Source: Octopus sinensis (lineage: Eukaryota). Taken from it: DNA of 64,000 bases. Numbering within the stretch: the stretch's first letter is position 1; each line of letters begins with the position of its first letter. The stretch spans positions 130,696,001 to 130,760,000 of the forward strand of contig NC_043000.1 of the NCBI RefSeq assembly GCF_006345805.1, in the 5' to 3' direction. Positions 24,521-36,711 of this stretch are shown in pieces. Both the position numbers and the translations under genes were made by a program. The notes beneath the pieces were generated by a model. That model did no database searches. It was given only the letters and a program-made list of their open reading frames with translations, and was not told the DNA's origin.

Positions 24521-26084
24521 AACCACGACTGCAGAAATGAGAGGTTTTGAGGGCACATAAACTGGGTTGTGGAAAATCTGTGTAGGTATATGGAAGCGAC
24601 GTCACTGTAATAATGTCAAACACGGAAAATATTGAGGTGATTTTCAACTGCAGTTGATATCATTTGTCAGTAAAAGGTCCAAAACATTTTCATGTTTAAA
24701 GCTAATTCACTTTCTTTATGTCGTAGAGAAATGAATGCCAGCCTATCTTAAACTATACTACAAAGTCCCCCCCCCCAAAAAAAACAAATAACATTCAAAT
24801 GCTTCTACTTCGTTCAAGATATTTCCCTTTAACTTCTGATGAGAGAACAACAATTTTAAACTAATAAGCGTCTGTACTTGCTCAGCAGTAACAACGCTGA
24901 CTGTTTGTTTAACATTACCTATATTCCTAAACAATGCTAGCTTTACTTATATAAGATTTCTACACAACGCATTTATTGAGTGAATTTTTCTTTTTATGTT
25001 TCTTTTTATGACAAGTGCTGCTGTATCTAAAGTTATCTTTGAGTAATTTCTTTGTTGTATATTATATTTAAACTTGTAAGTTCGTCTCTTTCTGTCTACT
25101 TTTAATTACTTTCGAATACTGAATATTTTCTTTGTTTTATCATGTTTTTACACTAATTTAATTGACTTCAAATGTTTCAACATTCCAATCAATGGAAGAC
25201 GTTTTATAAACTAATACTTATTAGTGCAGATAATGCTGTCCGTCTGTTATTTGATAAATTAACACCGAGTCTTAACTTTCATAATCAGCTTTTCAATTCT
25301 TTTACAATTAATAACGATATATTTAAAATTTTATGTTTCAACTAGCACAAACACAATTTTCATGCAGTCGTTTATTTTCTGTATATACACATCACCTCTC
25401 AAAACCCATGAAAATCCTTCTTTCAGAACATTATATTCATACTGAATAGGGCCCTTTTTATAAACTCCAAGGTATATAAATCGAACTTCCCAATAACTAT
25501 ATTGATTTTTGAATCAATATTTATTTAGTGAATCTTGCACAATAGCTATAGCATTGAAATTCCATGCGCTTAGGGAAGTCAAATAAATTACAAGATTTAT
25601 AGCTGTTACTACATGTTGACATATAAATATACAAAATCTTCCTAGTCCCTATGATATACCCTAGAGCAGCCAATTTATTTACAGAAGAATCAGGTGATAG
25701 AAGTTGTTGACGTTGCTTTGACTGATGATGAAAGACATTGCATTCATGAACATCTAGTAGAACTATTATCGAATACGCATCCTTCCATTTTCAAAGAAGG
25801 TCGCTGATTATTTTAGGAAAACTTCGGTGATATTTGTATTAGATTGTGTGATCCCTTACAGGCATCTGTATTAATATGTAGTGACATTTAGATTTCAAAT
25901 GGATGATTGAATAGCTTTGAGTGTTATGTATAAATGTCGCTTTAACAATTGCAACTTATACATGATATCAGCTAGGATTTTGTTCTTGGTAGTTAACATA
26001 GGGCTTCACTTTATTTTCCTTACGATTTTATGGCATTGTCATAGTTTTTTTCTACATTTGCATTTTGTATTCTTCCTTCATTAA

Positions 26085-27229
26085 CCTTCCATCTTTGGAA
26101 TCAGAATTTGCAAGATGGATGTGTTCCAAGTTCATGCATGGCAGCTGATGAACAATTCTTTTTCTTCAGAGGCCGCAAATCTATCACTGGAAAAGACCGA
26201 GTAAAAGGGAGAAAGACAAATCAAGGTTAAAGTAAAAGAACTTGAAAATACCGGTCGCAATATAACTTGTGATAATTCTTTTTACAAGTCTAAGACTGGC
26301 TCGAAAGCTGCTTAGCAAGAAAACTACTTTAGCTGGAACAATTAGAAAGAACAGAGTTGAATTTCCAAGTGCTCTCACAAATGGAAAAGAAAGAGATTCG
26401 ACAGCACAATATTTGGATTTCAAAAGGATTCTATGATCCTATCTTATTGTCCCAAGAAAAAATTATGTTGTCACACTTATGAGCTCAATGCACTTTCAGC
26501 CTTCAATAGCTTCAAAAAGTGATGAAAAGAAACCTGAAGTTATTACATGTTACAACAAAACAGAAGGAGGAGTAGACACCCTAGATAAGAAGGTAAGGAC
26601 ATACACTTGCAAAAGAACGACTCGAAGATGGCCTATGGTTATATTCTACAACATGATTGATATAAGTGCAGTGAATGCTTTCATTGTTGCTAAACAGTTT
26701 CACTTGCAGTTTCAAGGGTAAAAGAAGACAGTGCCTACTTCAGTTAGGAAAGGAACTTGCTGGAGTTAATTCTAAACAAGAACATGACAAACAATCTTCT
26801 AGTTCCGCTAAAATTTCTCAACCAAACAAGAAAAGAAGACGATCTTCAACCTCATTTGAGATTCCTCAACCAAAGAAAAATGGAAGATGGTATTTGTGCG
26901 GCCCAAAAAGAAACAGGAAAACTCGTGCTGCAGGTAAGAGTTGTAATATCCATGTTTGCCAAGAGCATTACAATGTCGTTTGCATTCACTGCCATAAAGA
27001 GCTGTAATTCTATATTCTTGTAATTTTTAAAATCAATAATATACTCTGTAAGCTAATTTTTTATTAAATTTGTGAGAGACAGTAATTCTTCATTCGCCTG
27101 ATAGCATATATAATGTAGCTAAGAAATAATGGTAGTTTAAATAAGATTTAATGAAAAGAACATTATTGGGGCCATTGGACCCAGTTAGTAATTAGTGACA
27201 CACATTTTTTCTGGTAGACTAAGGCTTAA
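26085..27229 (+). mobile_element. piggyBac transposon remnant (transposase pseudogene plus right end)
   Basis: AADEQFFFFRGR, NITCDNFFTSLRLARKLL..TLAGTIRKNR, YNKTEGGVDTLD, RRWPMVIFYNMIDISAVNA, Cys-rich C-terminus; frameshifts and stops; ends ...gtagactaaggcTTAA (27226-27229). Confidence 0.92.
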
Positions 27230-28416
27230 AGAGCTTAGTGATGTCATCGATGAATATTGATATTATTTCTTGGTGATATTTCGAGAAATCATTGCATGTT
27301 TCTCCAAACTTTGTATCTTCAAAACTCAGTTTATGCATTTCTTGCTTTTTATGCCCTAAGATAATATTAAAATATTATCATTGTCCTTCATTTGAATATA
27401 TCGTGAGGGTTCCAGTTCGGCAGTATCTGTGTTTAAATTTTTAAAAAAGCTATGATGTCGTATCTTAACACGCACAGTAATTTATGTTTACTATATTTAT
27501 TTAACAATTGCTGTTGAAGGAGATGGTTCGTGTTAAGTATTTACTGCATCTCTTTTATTTTATTGTTGTCCTTTGGCTGTCGACAATTAAGGTCTACAGG
27601 CAATTTTTCTTCAAAATCTCTTCAAAAAATAATTTATTCGAAATTACTACGAAATTGATAGGTCTTGATGTTAGGAATTACACTTTAATCAATAAATTAG
27701 TGTAAAAAAGAGGCATTAGTGGTAGGTAATCTACTTCGACAGTAAAGCTGCTCTGAAGGGCATTAAAATACGTGGGGTTTCCCGGAAGTATTATTAGTTA
27801 TCAGCAAAGTCTTAGGTTCAATTTTATGTCATTCGTAGCTGGACAAGTTTATAACACAAATCACCACGGGGAAATTTCTATGGACATCCAGAGTTTTTTT
27901 TTTATTTAGATACATCTTTAATATTCATTTTATAAGTAATTTTAATATCCCTCTAATTGGAAAATTACGATGAAGGATAGATCAACATTGGCAGCAGCAT
28001 AACGTAACCTGAGACATTACCGGTAAGGAGTTGTGTTATTAAATAGCTTTCAATATTTGTTCCATTTATTTTCTTTTTCTTGGTATATGAAAGCGCGGGA
28101 TGTAATTAGAATTCTTTCCCAGAAAAAGCCTGTTTTATTTATAGTGCATAGAAGTTGGGAAGAGTAGTGGCCACACTCTATGGTACACTTGAAATATCTG
28201 AGTAAATTCCTTTGCGGAGTAGACTTGTAATTTAAAATACTAGCTTTGTTACACTCTTTCAAGTTGATTCGGCCTATAATAAGTGTACTCGTGACTGTGG
28301 AATTTATATGCTAATTCAAAAGTAGATAGTGCACTTCAATGAACAACTGTAGCACTGCGGAAACAGACGTAGATACATTTATATTTAGCTTTGTGTGTCT
28401 ATATACTTGCACGTAG

Positions 28417-28828
28417 GGCGGCGAGCTGGCAGACACGTTAGCGCGCGGGCGAAATGCTTAGCGGTATTTCGTCTGCCGCTACGTTCTGAGTTCAAATTCC
28501 GCCAAGGTTGACTTTGCCTTTTATACTTTCGGTGTCAATTAAATAAGTACCAGTTACGCACTGGTGTCGATATACTCGACTTAATCCGTTTGTCTGTCCT
28601 TGTTTGTCCTCTCTGTGTTTAGCCCCTTGTGGGTAGTAAAGAAATAGGTATTTCGTCTGTCGTTACGTTCTGAGTTCAAATTCCGCCGAGGTCGACTTAG
28701 CCTTTTATCCTTTCGGGGTCGATAAATTAAGTACCAGTTACGCACTGCGGTCGATGTAATCGACTTAATCCGTTTGTCTGTCCTTGTTTGTCCCCTCTAT
28801 GTTTAGCCCCTTGTGGGTAATAAAGAAA
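28417..28828 (+). mobile_element. SINE (ggcgagctggc family): one full unit plus one headless tandem unit
   Basis: Second unit starts at ggtatttcgtctg (28647) directly after the tail aaagaaata. Confidence 0.9.
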
Positions 28829-28959
28829 CATATATACTTGCATGTAGATTTTTGTATGTATATACTTATATATGGATGCACATGTGTGCTTTTCTATGTA
28901 TGTATGCACGCACGCGCGTGTGTATGTGTGTTTGTATGCATGCCTGTTTTTATGGTTGA

Positions 28960-29290
28960 AGATTGAAGCATATCAGTTTGAAATTCTGAAGACCGAGGTT
29001 CAATTCCACCGAGTTACATAAAACAAATGTAATTTTCTATAGCTTCAGCCCGACTATACCTCCTGGATGAAACTGGGTTAACAAAAACTGTATATAAGTC
29101 CATCGAGCGGGATATACTACATATATTCTTAAGATACAGCCTTTAACACTGTGTCACGCTAATCCGGTCTGAGAATTACATTACGGATACACGTACCTGT
29201 GGAATCCTTGGCCAGTTAGACGTTAATTCAATGAGCAGGTAATTCAGTTGATCAACAACTGTATCATCTTCGACGCCTACGGATAACCAT
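28960..29290 (+). mobile_element. Highly diverged SINE related to 2521-2847
   Basis: acactgtgtcacgctaat...tacacgtacctgtggaat...gttaattcaatgagcagg...gttgatc matches the central domain. Confidence 0.5.
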
Positions 29291-30620
29291 CCATGTCTAT
29301 ATGCATTTGTGTATACATGTATCTTTGCATAAACACATGTGTGTAAAATCAATGTATATCAAGTTAAGCTCACATAATGTTATAGGTTGTATCAAATAGC
29401 AGACGGTAGTCATAGTAATTTACCTGTACATTTATTTGTAGCAGATAGTAATTGCAGAATCACACGCGTATTATTATTATTATCATTATTATTATTATGA
29501 AATAGCATTATTTGCATAATATTATTACATCCTTTCCACACACACACAAAAACTAAAATAAAATTACTTGCGCACAATATTTTCAGAATAATATCTGAAA
29601 ATTTCAATATTTTAAATGTAAACATAAAATATAAAATATTCAAATGTAATAATACTTTTGAATAGGTCTTTTAATATGAGTCGAGCGATGCAACACAATA
29701 TTCTTAGACGATTCACTAGTTTGTAGCGCCAATGTGCGTGTGACTTTAGGAGTCACGGTATACATGTTAATGTAGTTTTCAGAAACATCGATATTTTCAG
29801 TAGAAGCGCTGCTGTCATACTTAAGCTCCGCATTATTTGGGGTTTCTCCTGACGGATCTAACTTTCTAATTGCCACTATAACTTCATGGACATTAATAAA
29901 ACAAATGTGAACATGTTCCAGACTTCATTCAGAAAGATATACTTATTGGACTAAAGGCCATTATAATTAGTAATATATCTCCCACTTCAACGGAACAATT
30001 CCAAGGGTAAGAAATGATTGGCTGATATGATAATTTCTGTGGCTGTTTTTTGACCAAGGCCATAGGCGCGATAATGAATCGTTGGGTTTATGGATGTGTA
30101 CAATAAGGATCGCACCGAATGTAAGATACAATTGCAAAGTACTAATTCTTTTGCGAGATTTCTTCTTTTTTATTGTAAAGCTGTTGTCATGATTGTCTAA
30201 ATGTAGGGAAGTATAGAGTTCAAGAAGCTTCTAGACAAATCTTTAACATATGGAAAACGTCATTGCGAAGGACCTTAACACGGAAAACCTCATTGTGAAA
30301 GACATGACATTCTTTTATCCGATATTACATATCAAGGTAAACCAAAAATCAAGGTAAACCTCCACAATAGGCAAAGGGCGTCTAGGTCATACAAGTGGGA
30401 AACTTTATCAACTGCGGTCTTGTAATCCGCCAAACTGCAAATATATGCCTCAATCTCTCATTTCCCTGATGTTTGTTGAGCTATAATCAAGGCTATACCG
30501 TAGTAGTGAGAGAGAACTAAGATCAGACAGGCTGTATGTATTTCGTAGGTTAAAATCTGGACATGCAATTAGTTTCTAGTTCTTCGACATGTGATTAGCT
30601 TTAAAGTTTTTAGGTATAAG

Positions 30621-30709
<89 letters not shown>

Positions 30710-30729
30710 TATATATATACATATATATA

Positions 30730-30912
30730 CAGTCACCATGATAGATCGGTAGCCACTACACATTTTTTTCTCTCCTTTCTTTCTGTGTTCCTTTCTGTGA
30801 AAGAGCGTAGGCTCGAAACGTTAAAGACTTTTTCAAATCCCGAGCGTTATACTAATACATATGTTTGTTTTCTACACCACCTGTGTTCGTCTTTGTTTTT
30901 CGTGAATTCTCC
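30730..30912 (+). mobile_element. TA-flanked element with degenerate minimal HHR at 30791-30826
   Basis: CTTT-CTGTGAA-A-GAGC GTAG GCTC-GAAA-CG-TT-AAAG; helices intact, core altered; (TA)n on both sides. Confidence 0.7.
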
Positions 30913-31659
30913 CTATATATATATTTATATGTTTTTGTCAATGCCAGATGGTTTGTTATACATTGCTAATAAAGATTCTCAATAGCTCATCAGTTTATGC
31001 TTTGTACCAGCAGCCGACTATCCAGCCTCTGTCTTATATTTCCCTATCCTGAAGCTTTTCTATCACATTTTCAAGGCATGAAGGTTTGATTCTGGTGTAA
31101 TAAGAAACAATACTCTATCTTCTGATTTCTCCTAGTCACATCGAATCTTGACTGCACTTCTTTTACTCACACTAGAATTTCCTCCTGGCAATAACACTTT
31201 GTAACTTTTATTAACTATCTAATATTACTTATAATGATTGATTGTGACCGAGTTTCTTCTTTATTACTTTTCTCTCATTTGATACTGGATTTTCACACTA
31301 ATATCTTTGACTTCAATTTGATGGTTAACATTTTGTACTTAAGTGTTCCCTTTTTTATTACCTCCAAACTTTATTTCTATTTTATTGGTGACAAGTGTAG
31401 TTGTTTGCTTGCCAGTGATAAATATGACCACATGACTGATTGTCTTTCGTAGATCAGCAATACAGTTTCCATTGTTGAAATCTATGATGGCAGTTTGATA
31501 TTGTCTTTTGTTTGCTTCTTTAGTAACGTAAAGACAGTGCTTAGCAAATGTGGGGAGAGCATATAAACAGGTATTTATTTGTCGATAATTGTATTGTAAA
31601 TACTTCAGGCCTGTATCATTAACCACTGTCAACAATACCTCAATGGGTCTGTCATCTAG

Positions 31660-31825
31660 CAGGAAGTACTATCAAGTACATGTTTTGTCTTGGTATAAAA
31701 GATGAGTTACAGCGAATATTCTGCCCAATACAACGTCCTTAAACAATACTTATTGAGGGACCTTTTGAGCGAGATGTATATTTTACCCCGGTGTCACTTT
31801 GATAGCATGGACTGCTGTCTCACTC
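31660..31825 (+). mobile_element. Multiply deleted derivative of the ATT-embedded repeat
   Basis: Three short blocks matching the reverse complement of 6907-7464, ending ctgctgtctcactc followed by (AAC/AAT)n. Confidence 0.75.
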
Positions 31826-31844
31826 AACAACAACAACAATAATA

Positions 31845-31887
<43 letters not shown>

Positions 31888-31912
31888 TAATAATAATAAT
31901 ATAATAATAATA

Positions 31913-31954
<42 letters not shown>

Positions 31955-31960
31955 TAACAA

Positions 31961-32200
31961 TATTTCGGCAAAAGAATTTGATAAGCTCAGAAAATATAAA
32001 AATTTGCTGGTTGAAATCGAAAAGAAATGTGGCATTTCAAAGCGGTTACATAACCAATGATTGTAGGGCCCCTCGGAATGATCAAAAGAGGAATTGAGAA
32101 TTATTTGTGGGGGTTCCCTGGCTTACCATCCATGCAGAAAGTGCGATAGATTATGTTAACTGGTACGTGACATGTATTGAAAAGAGCATTGTCGCTGTGA
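31961..32200 (+). pseudogene. R4/Dong-type non-LTR retrotransposon 3' fragment
   Basis: SAKEFDKLRKYKNLLVEIEK.WHFKAV..PMIVGPLGMIKRGIENYLWGFPGLPSMQKV..IMLTGT.HVLKRALSL-stop, directly after (AAT)n. Confidence 0.85.
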
Positions 32201-32393
32201 ATTTTTTTCCCTTCTATGTATATGTATATATATATATATATATATAATATATATATATATATATAATTTGATTTATTATTTATTTTTATTTTTAATAATA
32301 TAAATCTTAGTTCATAGAGCGTTTTTCAAATATATATATACACGTATATGCATATATGTATGTATAGACAGAGAGAGATAGGCAGACAGACTA

Positions 32394-32452
<59 letters not shown>

Positions 32453-32453
32453 T

Positions 32454-32505
<52 letters not shown>

Positions 32506-32934
32506 ACTTTCTTCTGTAAATACACACATACACTGACGATGGCAAACATCTATATAAGCACATATAAAAGCCCACATACATTCATGCATACACAAAACAT
32601 CAAAACGACCGTACATAAATGCACGCACACACGTAATGGGATTAGTAGTATCTGATTAATGACATCAATGATAATGGTCTTAGATGAAGAGGACAGTTAA
32701 TGGCGGCGAATATGGCTATGTTAATAATGACAAATCTAATAGTAGAAATTGTTTGTGTTGTTGTTGTTGTTGTTGTTTAACCCAAGGTTAACTGTTATTC
32801 GGCAGACCTATTCTTAAATGCATTATACTTGTGTCCAAATTCCAGTGATGGAGCTGTTGTTCCTTGTCAGAGACCAGCTCGCTTCTTTTGGAAAGAATGC
32901 TAATAAATAGAAAGAAGCATATATTTATATATGT

Positions 32935-33195
32935 GGAGGCACATGGCCTAGGGGTTAGAGCAGCGGACTGATGTGTGTGTTTCTGAGCGAGACACCTAAG
33001 CTCTACGCGACTCCGGCAGAAAGTAATGGCGAAACGTCTGCTGACTCTTTCCCCCCAACTTTCTCTCATTCTTTCCTCCTGCATCTTGCAGCTCACCTGC
33101 AACTGACCGGCGTTACGTCCAGGTGGGGAACCTATACGCCAAAGAAACCCGTAAACCGGCCCTATGAGCCAGGCGTGGCTCGAGAAGGAACAAAC
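32935..33195 (+). mobile_element. tRNA-derived SINE, internally deleted
   Basis: Head ggaggcacatggcctaggggttagagcagcggact; tail aaaccggccctatgagccaggcgtggctcgagaaggaacaaac. Confidence 0.65.
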
Positions 33196-33954
33196 ATATA
33201 TTTATACATACTTATACAGACACACGCACATGTATACATACACACACTCACGCATGTATACATACATAGCTTGCATTACATGTGCCAAAAATAGCAACAT
33301 AGGTCTAGTCATATTGTAAATGCACCTTCATTTTCACATATTTAGCAATTCCAACTTACTCTGTACCTTCGCCATTAAAACTATTTTGGACGTTTCCTGT
33401 TATCAAAATCTAATATCCTGTGGATAGATACGGATATTCTTTATAAGTCCAGCTGAAAATATTGACCACATTTGATTTATTTTTTCATGATCACCTCTCT
33501 CATAATCATAATTTACCGTCCATCTACGTACATTATATCAACACATGCACTCACACGCTCACACACACACACACATACACACACATTGAATCAATCACAT
33601 GAAAAGAATCACATAAGTAAATCAGATCATTGTTGATAATTGCGAAGTATTTGACTTTAACCATGAATTAAAATACTGATCGATTTACGAGCAATCTGCG
33701 ATTTTGCTCAAAGAGTTTGGGCCGCCATTTCTCTGATCATTCTAACTTCTCCATTATTTTCAAATGGGATTTCTGTTTTCGAAAATTGACTAGAATTTAA
33801 TAATTACTAACTCAATAATATAACGTAAAGATTGAACCTGAAGCGCATTTAGTCATATTTTAAGTAAATATGTACTTCAACAGATCTATGGACATAGTGT
33901 AAATGAATTAGTTATAATGTCAAAGTGATCTACGTACTCAAGTGTGGGTTAAAA

Positions 33955-33991
<37 letters not shown>

Positions 33992-34181
33992 CATTATATA
34001 AAAGGGCTTAGTAAAATAAATTACTTTGCCGCATACTGAACTCATTGAAATAGCAGCTAAAAAACTTTTTTAAAGCTATTTCTAATACTTAAAGAAAATC
34101 TCTCTCATATATAGTGTTTCTTAATTCAACTCACAAAAGTTTGGGGGTAAGGACATCGAAAAATCAAATGCTAAGGTTATT

Positions 34182-34237
34182 TGAGAACGTACGTTTCAAG
34201 ATTAGTAAAGCAAAACAACATTTCTATCATCAGCTCA
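34182..34237 (-). ncRNA. Type I hammerhead ribozyme, unit 1
   Basis: TGAG-CTGATGA-T-AGA...TCT-T-GAAA-CGTACG-TT-CTCA; palindromic ACGTACGT stem III, GUU site; stem II short. Confidence 0.8.
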
Positions 34238-34726
34238 GAAATTCCTTGGTTTGGATTTGGAAACACTGAAAATAAGAACATACCCTTTCGAAGATCTGCT
34301 CGTAACTAACAGTGCCAACAAATTCAAATAAGCAAGCGAAGAATCTCTGTTCTCCCTTTCCACCAGCGTGGGTTAAAATCATCAAACACTATGCTTATTT
34401 CGGTAAAATCAGAAGCATTAATCAGAGGGAGATTAATTATAATTTCAACAATTGGGGGCAAAATTAATTAGTTATTAATCAATTTCACCAAGTGTTCAGT
34501 ATGCAAGGGACCATTCAAGGCGAATTCAAATTATTACATTATATAAAAGGGCTTAGTAAAATAAATACTTTTGCCGCATACTGAACTCATTAAAATAGCA
34601 GTCTAAAAAACTTTTTAAAACTATTTCTAATACTTAAAAAAATCCTCTCTCATATATAGTGTTTGCTTAATTTAACTCACAAAAGTTTGGGGGTAAGGAC
34701 ATCGAAAATCAAATGCTAAGATTATT

Positions 34727-34778
34727 TGAGAACGTACGTTTCAAGATTAGTCAAAACAACATTTCTATCATCAGCTCA
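34727..34778 (-). ncRNA. Type I hammerhead ribozyme, unit 2
   Basis: Same core and helices as unit 1; differs only in the stem II loop. Confidence 0.8.
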
Positions 34779-35308
34779 GAATTCCTTGGTTTGGATTTGG
34801 AAACACTGAAAATAAGAACATACCCTTTCGAAGATCTGCTCGTAACTAACAGTGCCAACAAATTCAAATAAGCAAGCGAAGAATCTCTGTCTCCCCTTTC
34901 CACCAGCGTGGGTTAAAATCATCAAACCTATGCTTATTTCGGTAAAATCCGAAGCATTATCAGAGGGAGATTAATTATAATTTCAACAATTGAGGGCAAA
35001 ATTAATTAGTTATTAATCAATTTCACCAAGTGTTCAGTATGCAAGGGACCATTCAAGGCGAATTCAAATTATTACATTATATAAAAGGGCTTAGTAAAAT
35101 AAATTACTTTGCCGCATACTGAACTCATTAGAAATAGCAGCTAAAAAACTTTTTTAAAGCTATTTCTAATACTTAAAGAAAATCTCTCTCATATATGTGT
35201 TTTGCTTAATTCAACTCACAAAAGTTTGGGGGTCCCTTGAATGGTCCCTTTGCATACTGAACACTTGTGAAATTGATTAATAACTAATTATTTTGCCCTC
35301 AATTGTTG

Positions 35309-35357
<49 letters not shown>

Positions 35358-35424
35358 GTATGTATAATATAATATAATATGATATGATATGATATAAATA
35401 ATATATAAATATATGTATATATGT

Positions 35425-35670
35425 GGAGGTGCGTGGCTTAGTGGTTAGGGTGTCAGCATCATGACCGTAAGATTGTGGTTTCGATTCCAGGACCGGGCGA
35501 CGCGTTGTGCTCTTGTGCAAAACACTTCATTTCACGTTGCTCCAGTCAACTCAGCTGTCAAAAGTGAGTAACGCTGCGATGGAATGGTGTTCCCGTCCAG
35601 CTGGGGAACACATATGCCATTGAAACCGGGAATCCGGGCCCATGGGCCTGGCTAGGCTTTAAAAGGGCGC
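35425..35670 (+). mobile_element. tRNA-derived SINE
   Basis: ggaggtgcgtggcttagtggttaggg...gtttcgattcc; central domain shared with 2521-2847; different 3' tail. Confidence 0.8.
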
Positions 35671-35737
35671 ATTTATTTTTATTTATATGTATATATATAC
35701 ATACATATATGTGCATACCTACATATATACAATATAT

Positions 35738-35785
<48 letters not shown>

Positions 35786-36559
35786 TATATATATTATATG
35801 CACATATGGATACAGGACATCAAAAATACTTTGAACACAATGAGAAAAGAAAACATAAAATCAAAAACATAGAAATGAACTTTTTTTCGAACAGTGAGGG
35901 CTGTAAAGAAAGCCAAGACGATGACAAAATTATTATGAACGTTTAGGAAGACGAGCTTATGAATGAAACAGTATAAGCACGTTTAGTTTTTACGAAGGTT
36001 GTAGGTAGAAAGGTAGATTCCCGTTCGTCACGTGTCACGTGTCGTCTTGGCTTAACAGCCCTCAACGTTTGTTTTTACTGAGTGTTCTCATTGTTCTCTT
36101 TTTTTTTACTGTTTTTACTGATTTGTTCTCACTGTCCTGTTCTTGTTACCACTTTCATCCTCCGCAAAAAAACCCAAATTTTATTTAATTTGCTTTGCAG
36201 GAAGGACTTTCAACGAAGACGCATCTTGTCCTTGTCTTCGTAATGTGGAGTAGTTAAAACAGGAACAACTGAAGAAGGGGAATATTCTTTATGTTGCATG
36301 TCTCGTTTCTCTGTTTTTTATTCGTTGTTCGAAAACAAGTTCGTTTCTATGCTTTTGTTCTTCTGTTTTCGTTTCTCATTGTGTTCAACGTTTCTTTGAA
36401 TGCCCTGTCCCCACATGTGCATGTATATATACATATATATGTAGGTATATACATATATGTATATATGCATGTATTTATATATTATTTATATCATTATATG
36501 AGCGAACGCCACGTATCCGTTTCCAAGTAAGCTTTATCTATCTATCTATCTATTTATCT

Positions 36560-36602
<43 letters not shown>

Positions 36603-36633
36603 ATCAAAATAAAAACATGATGCGAAGGATTCA

Positions 36634-36711
36634 GCGGTACATATGTTTCGGGCCTTTATTAGACAGATTTATAACAGTGCATAATGTATGTCTGTGGCCT
36701 TCTTCAGCCGC
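36634..36711 (-). ncRNA. Type I hammerhead ribozyme with extended stem II
   Basis: GCGG-CTGAAGA-A-GGCC ACAGA...TCTGT...GGCC-C-GAAA-CATATG-TA-CCGC; palindromic ACATATGT stem III, GUA site. Confidence 0.85.

Larger units (their letters stand above)
33989..35315 (-). repeat. Tandem array of ~540-545-bp HHR-containing units (2.3 copies) plus inverted terminal segment, in (TA)n
   Basis: Units start at 33989, 34534 and 35072; 35235-35315 is the reverse complement of a unit end; (TA)n on both sides. Confidence 0.92.

Noticed and set aside
660-25735. Isolated CTGANGA words at ~666, ~2345, ~8526, ~24836 and ~25715
   Set aside because: No properly placed GAAA with paired stems; expected by chance.
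31240-31650. Minus-strand ORF 31339..31635 as a possible LINE fragment
   Set aside because: No RT or endonuclease motif recognised.
35895-36066. ~28-bp inverted repeat (tgagggctgt...agccaagacga) between two TA-anchored elements
   Set aside because: Explained as two opposed fragments of one repeat family; no HHR core or TSD.
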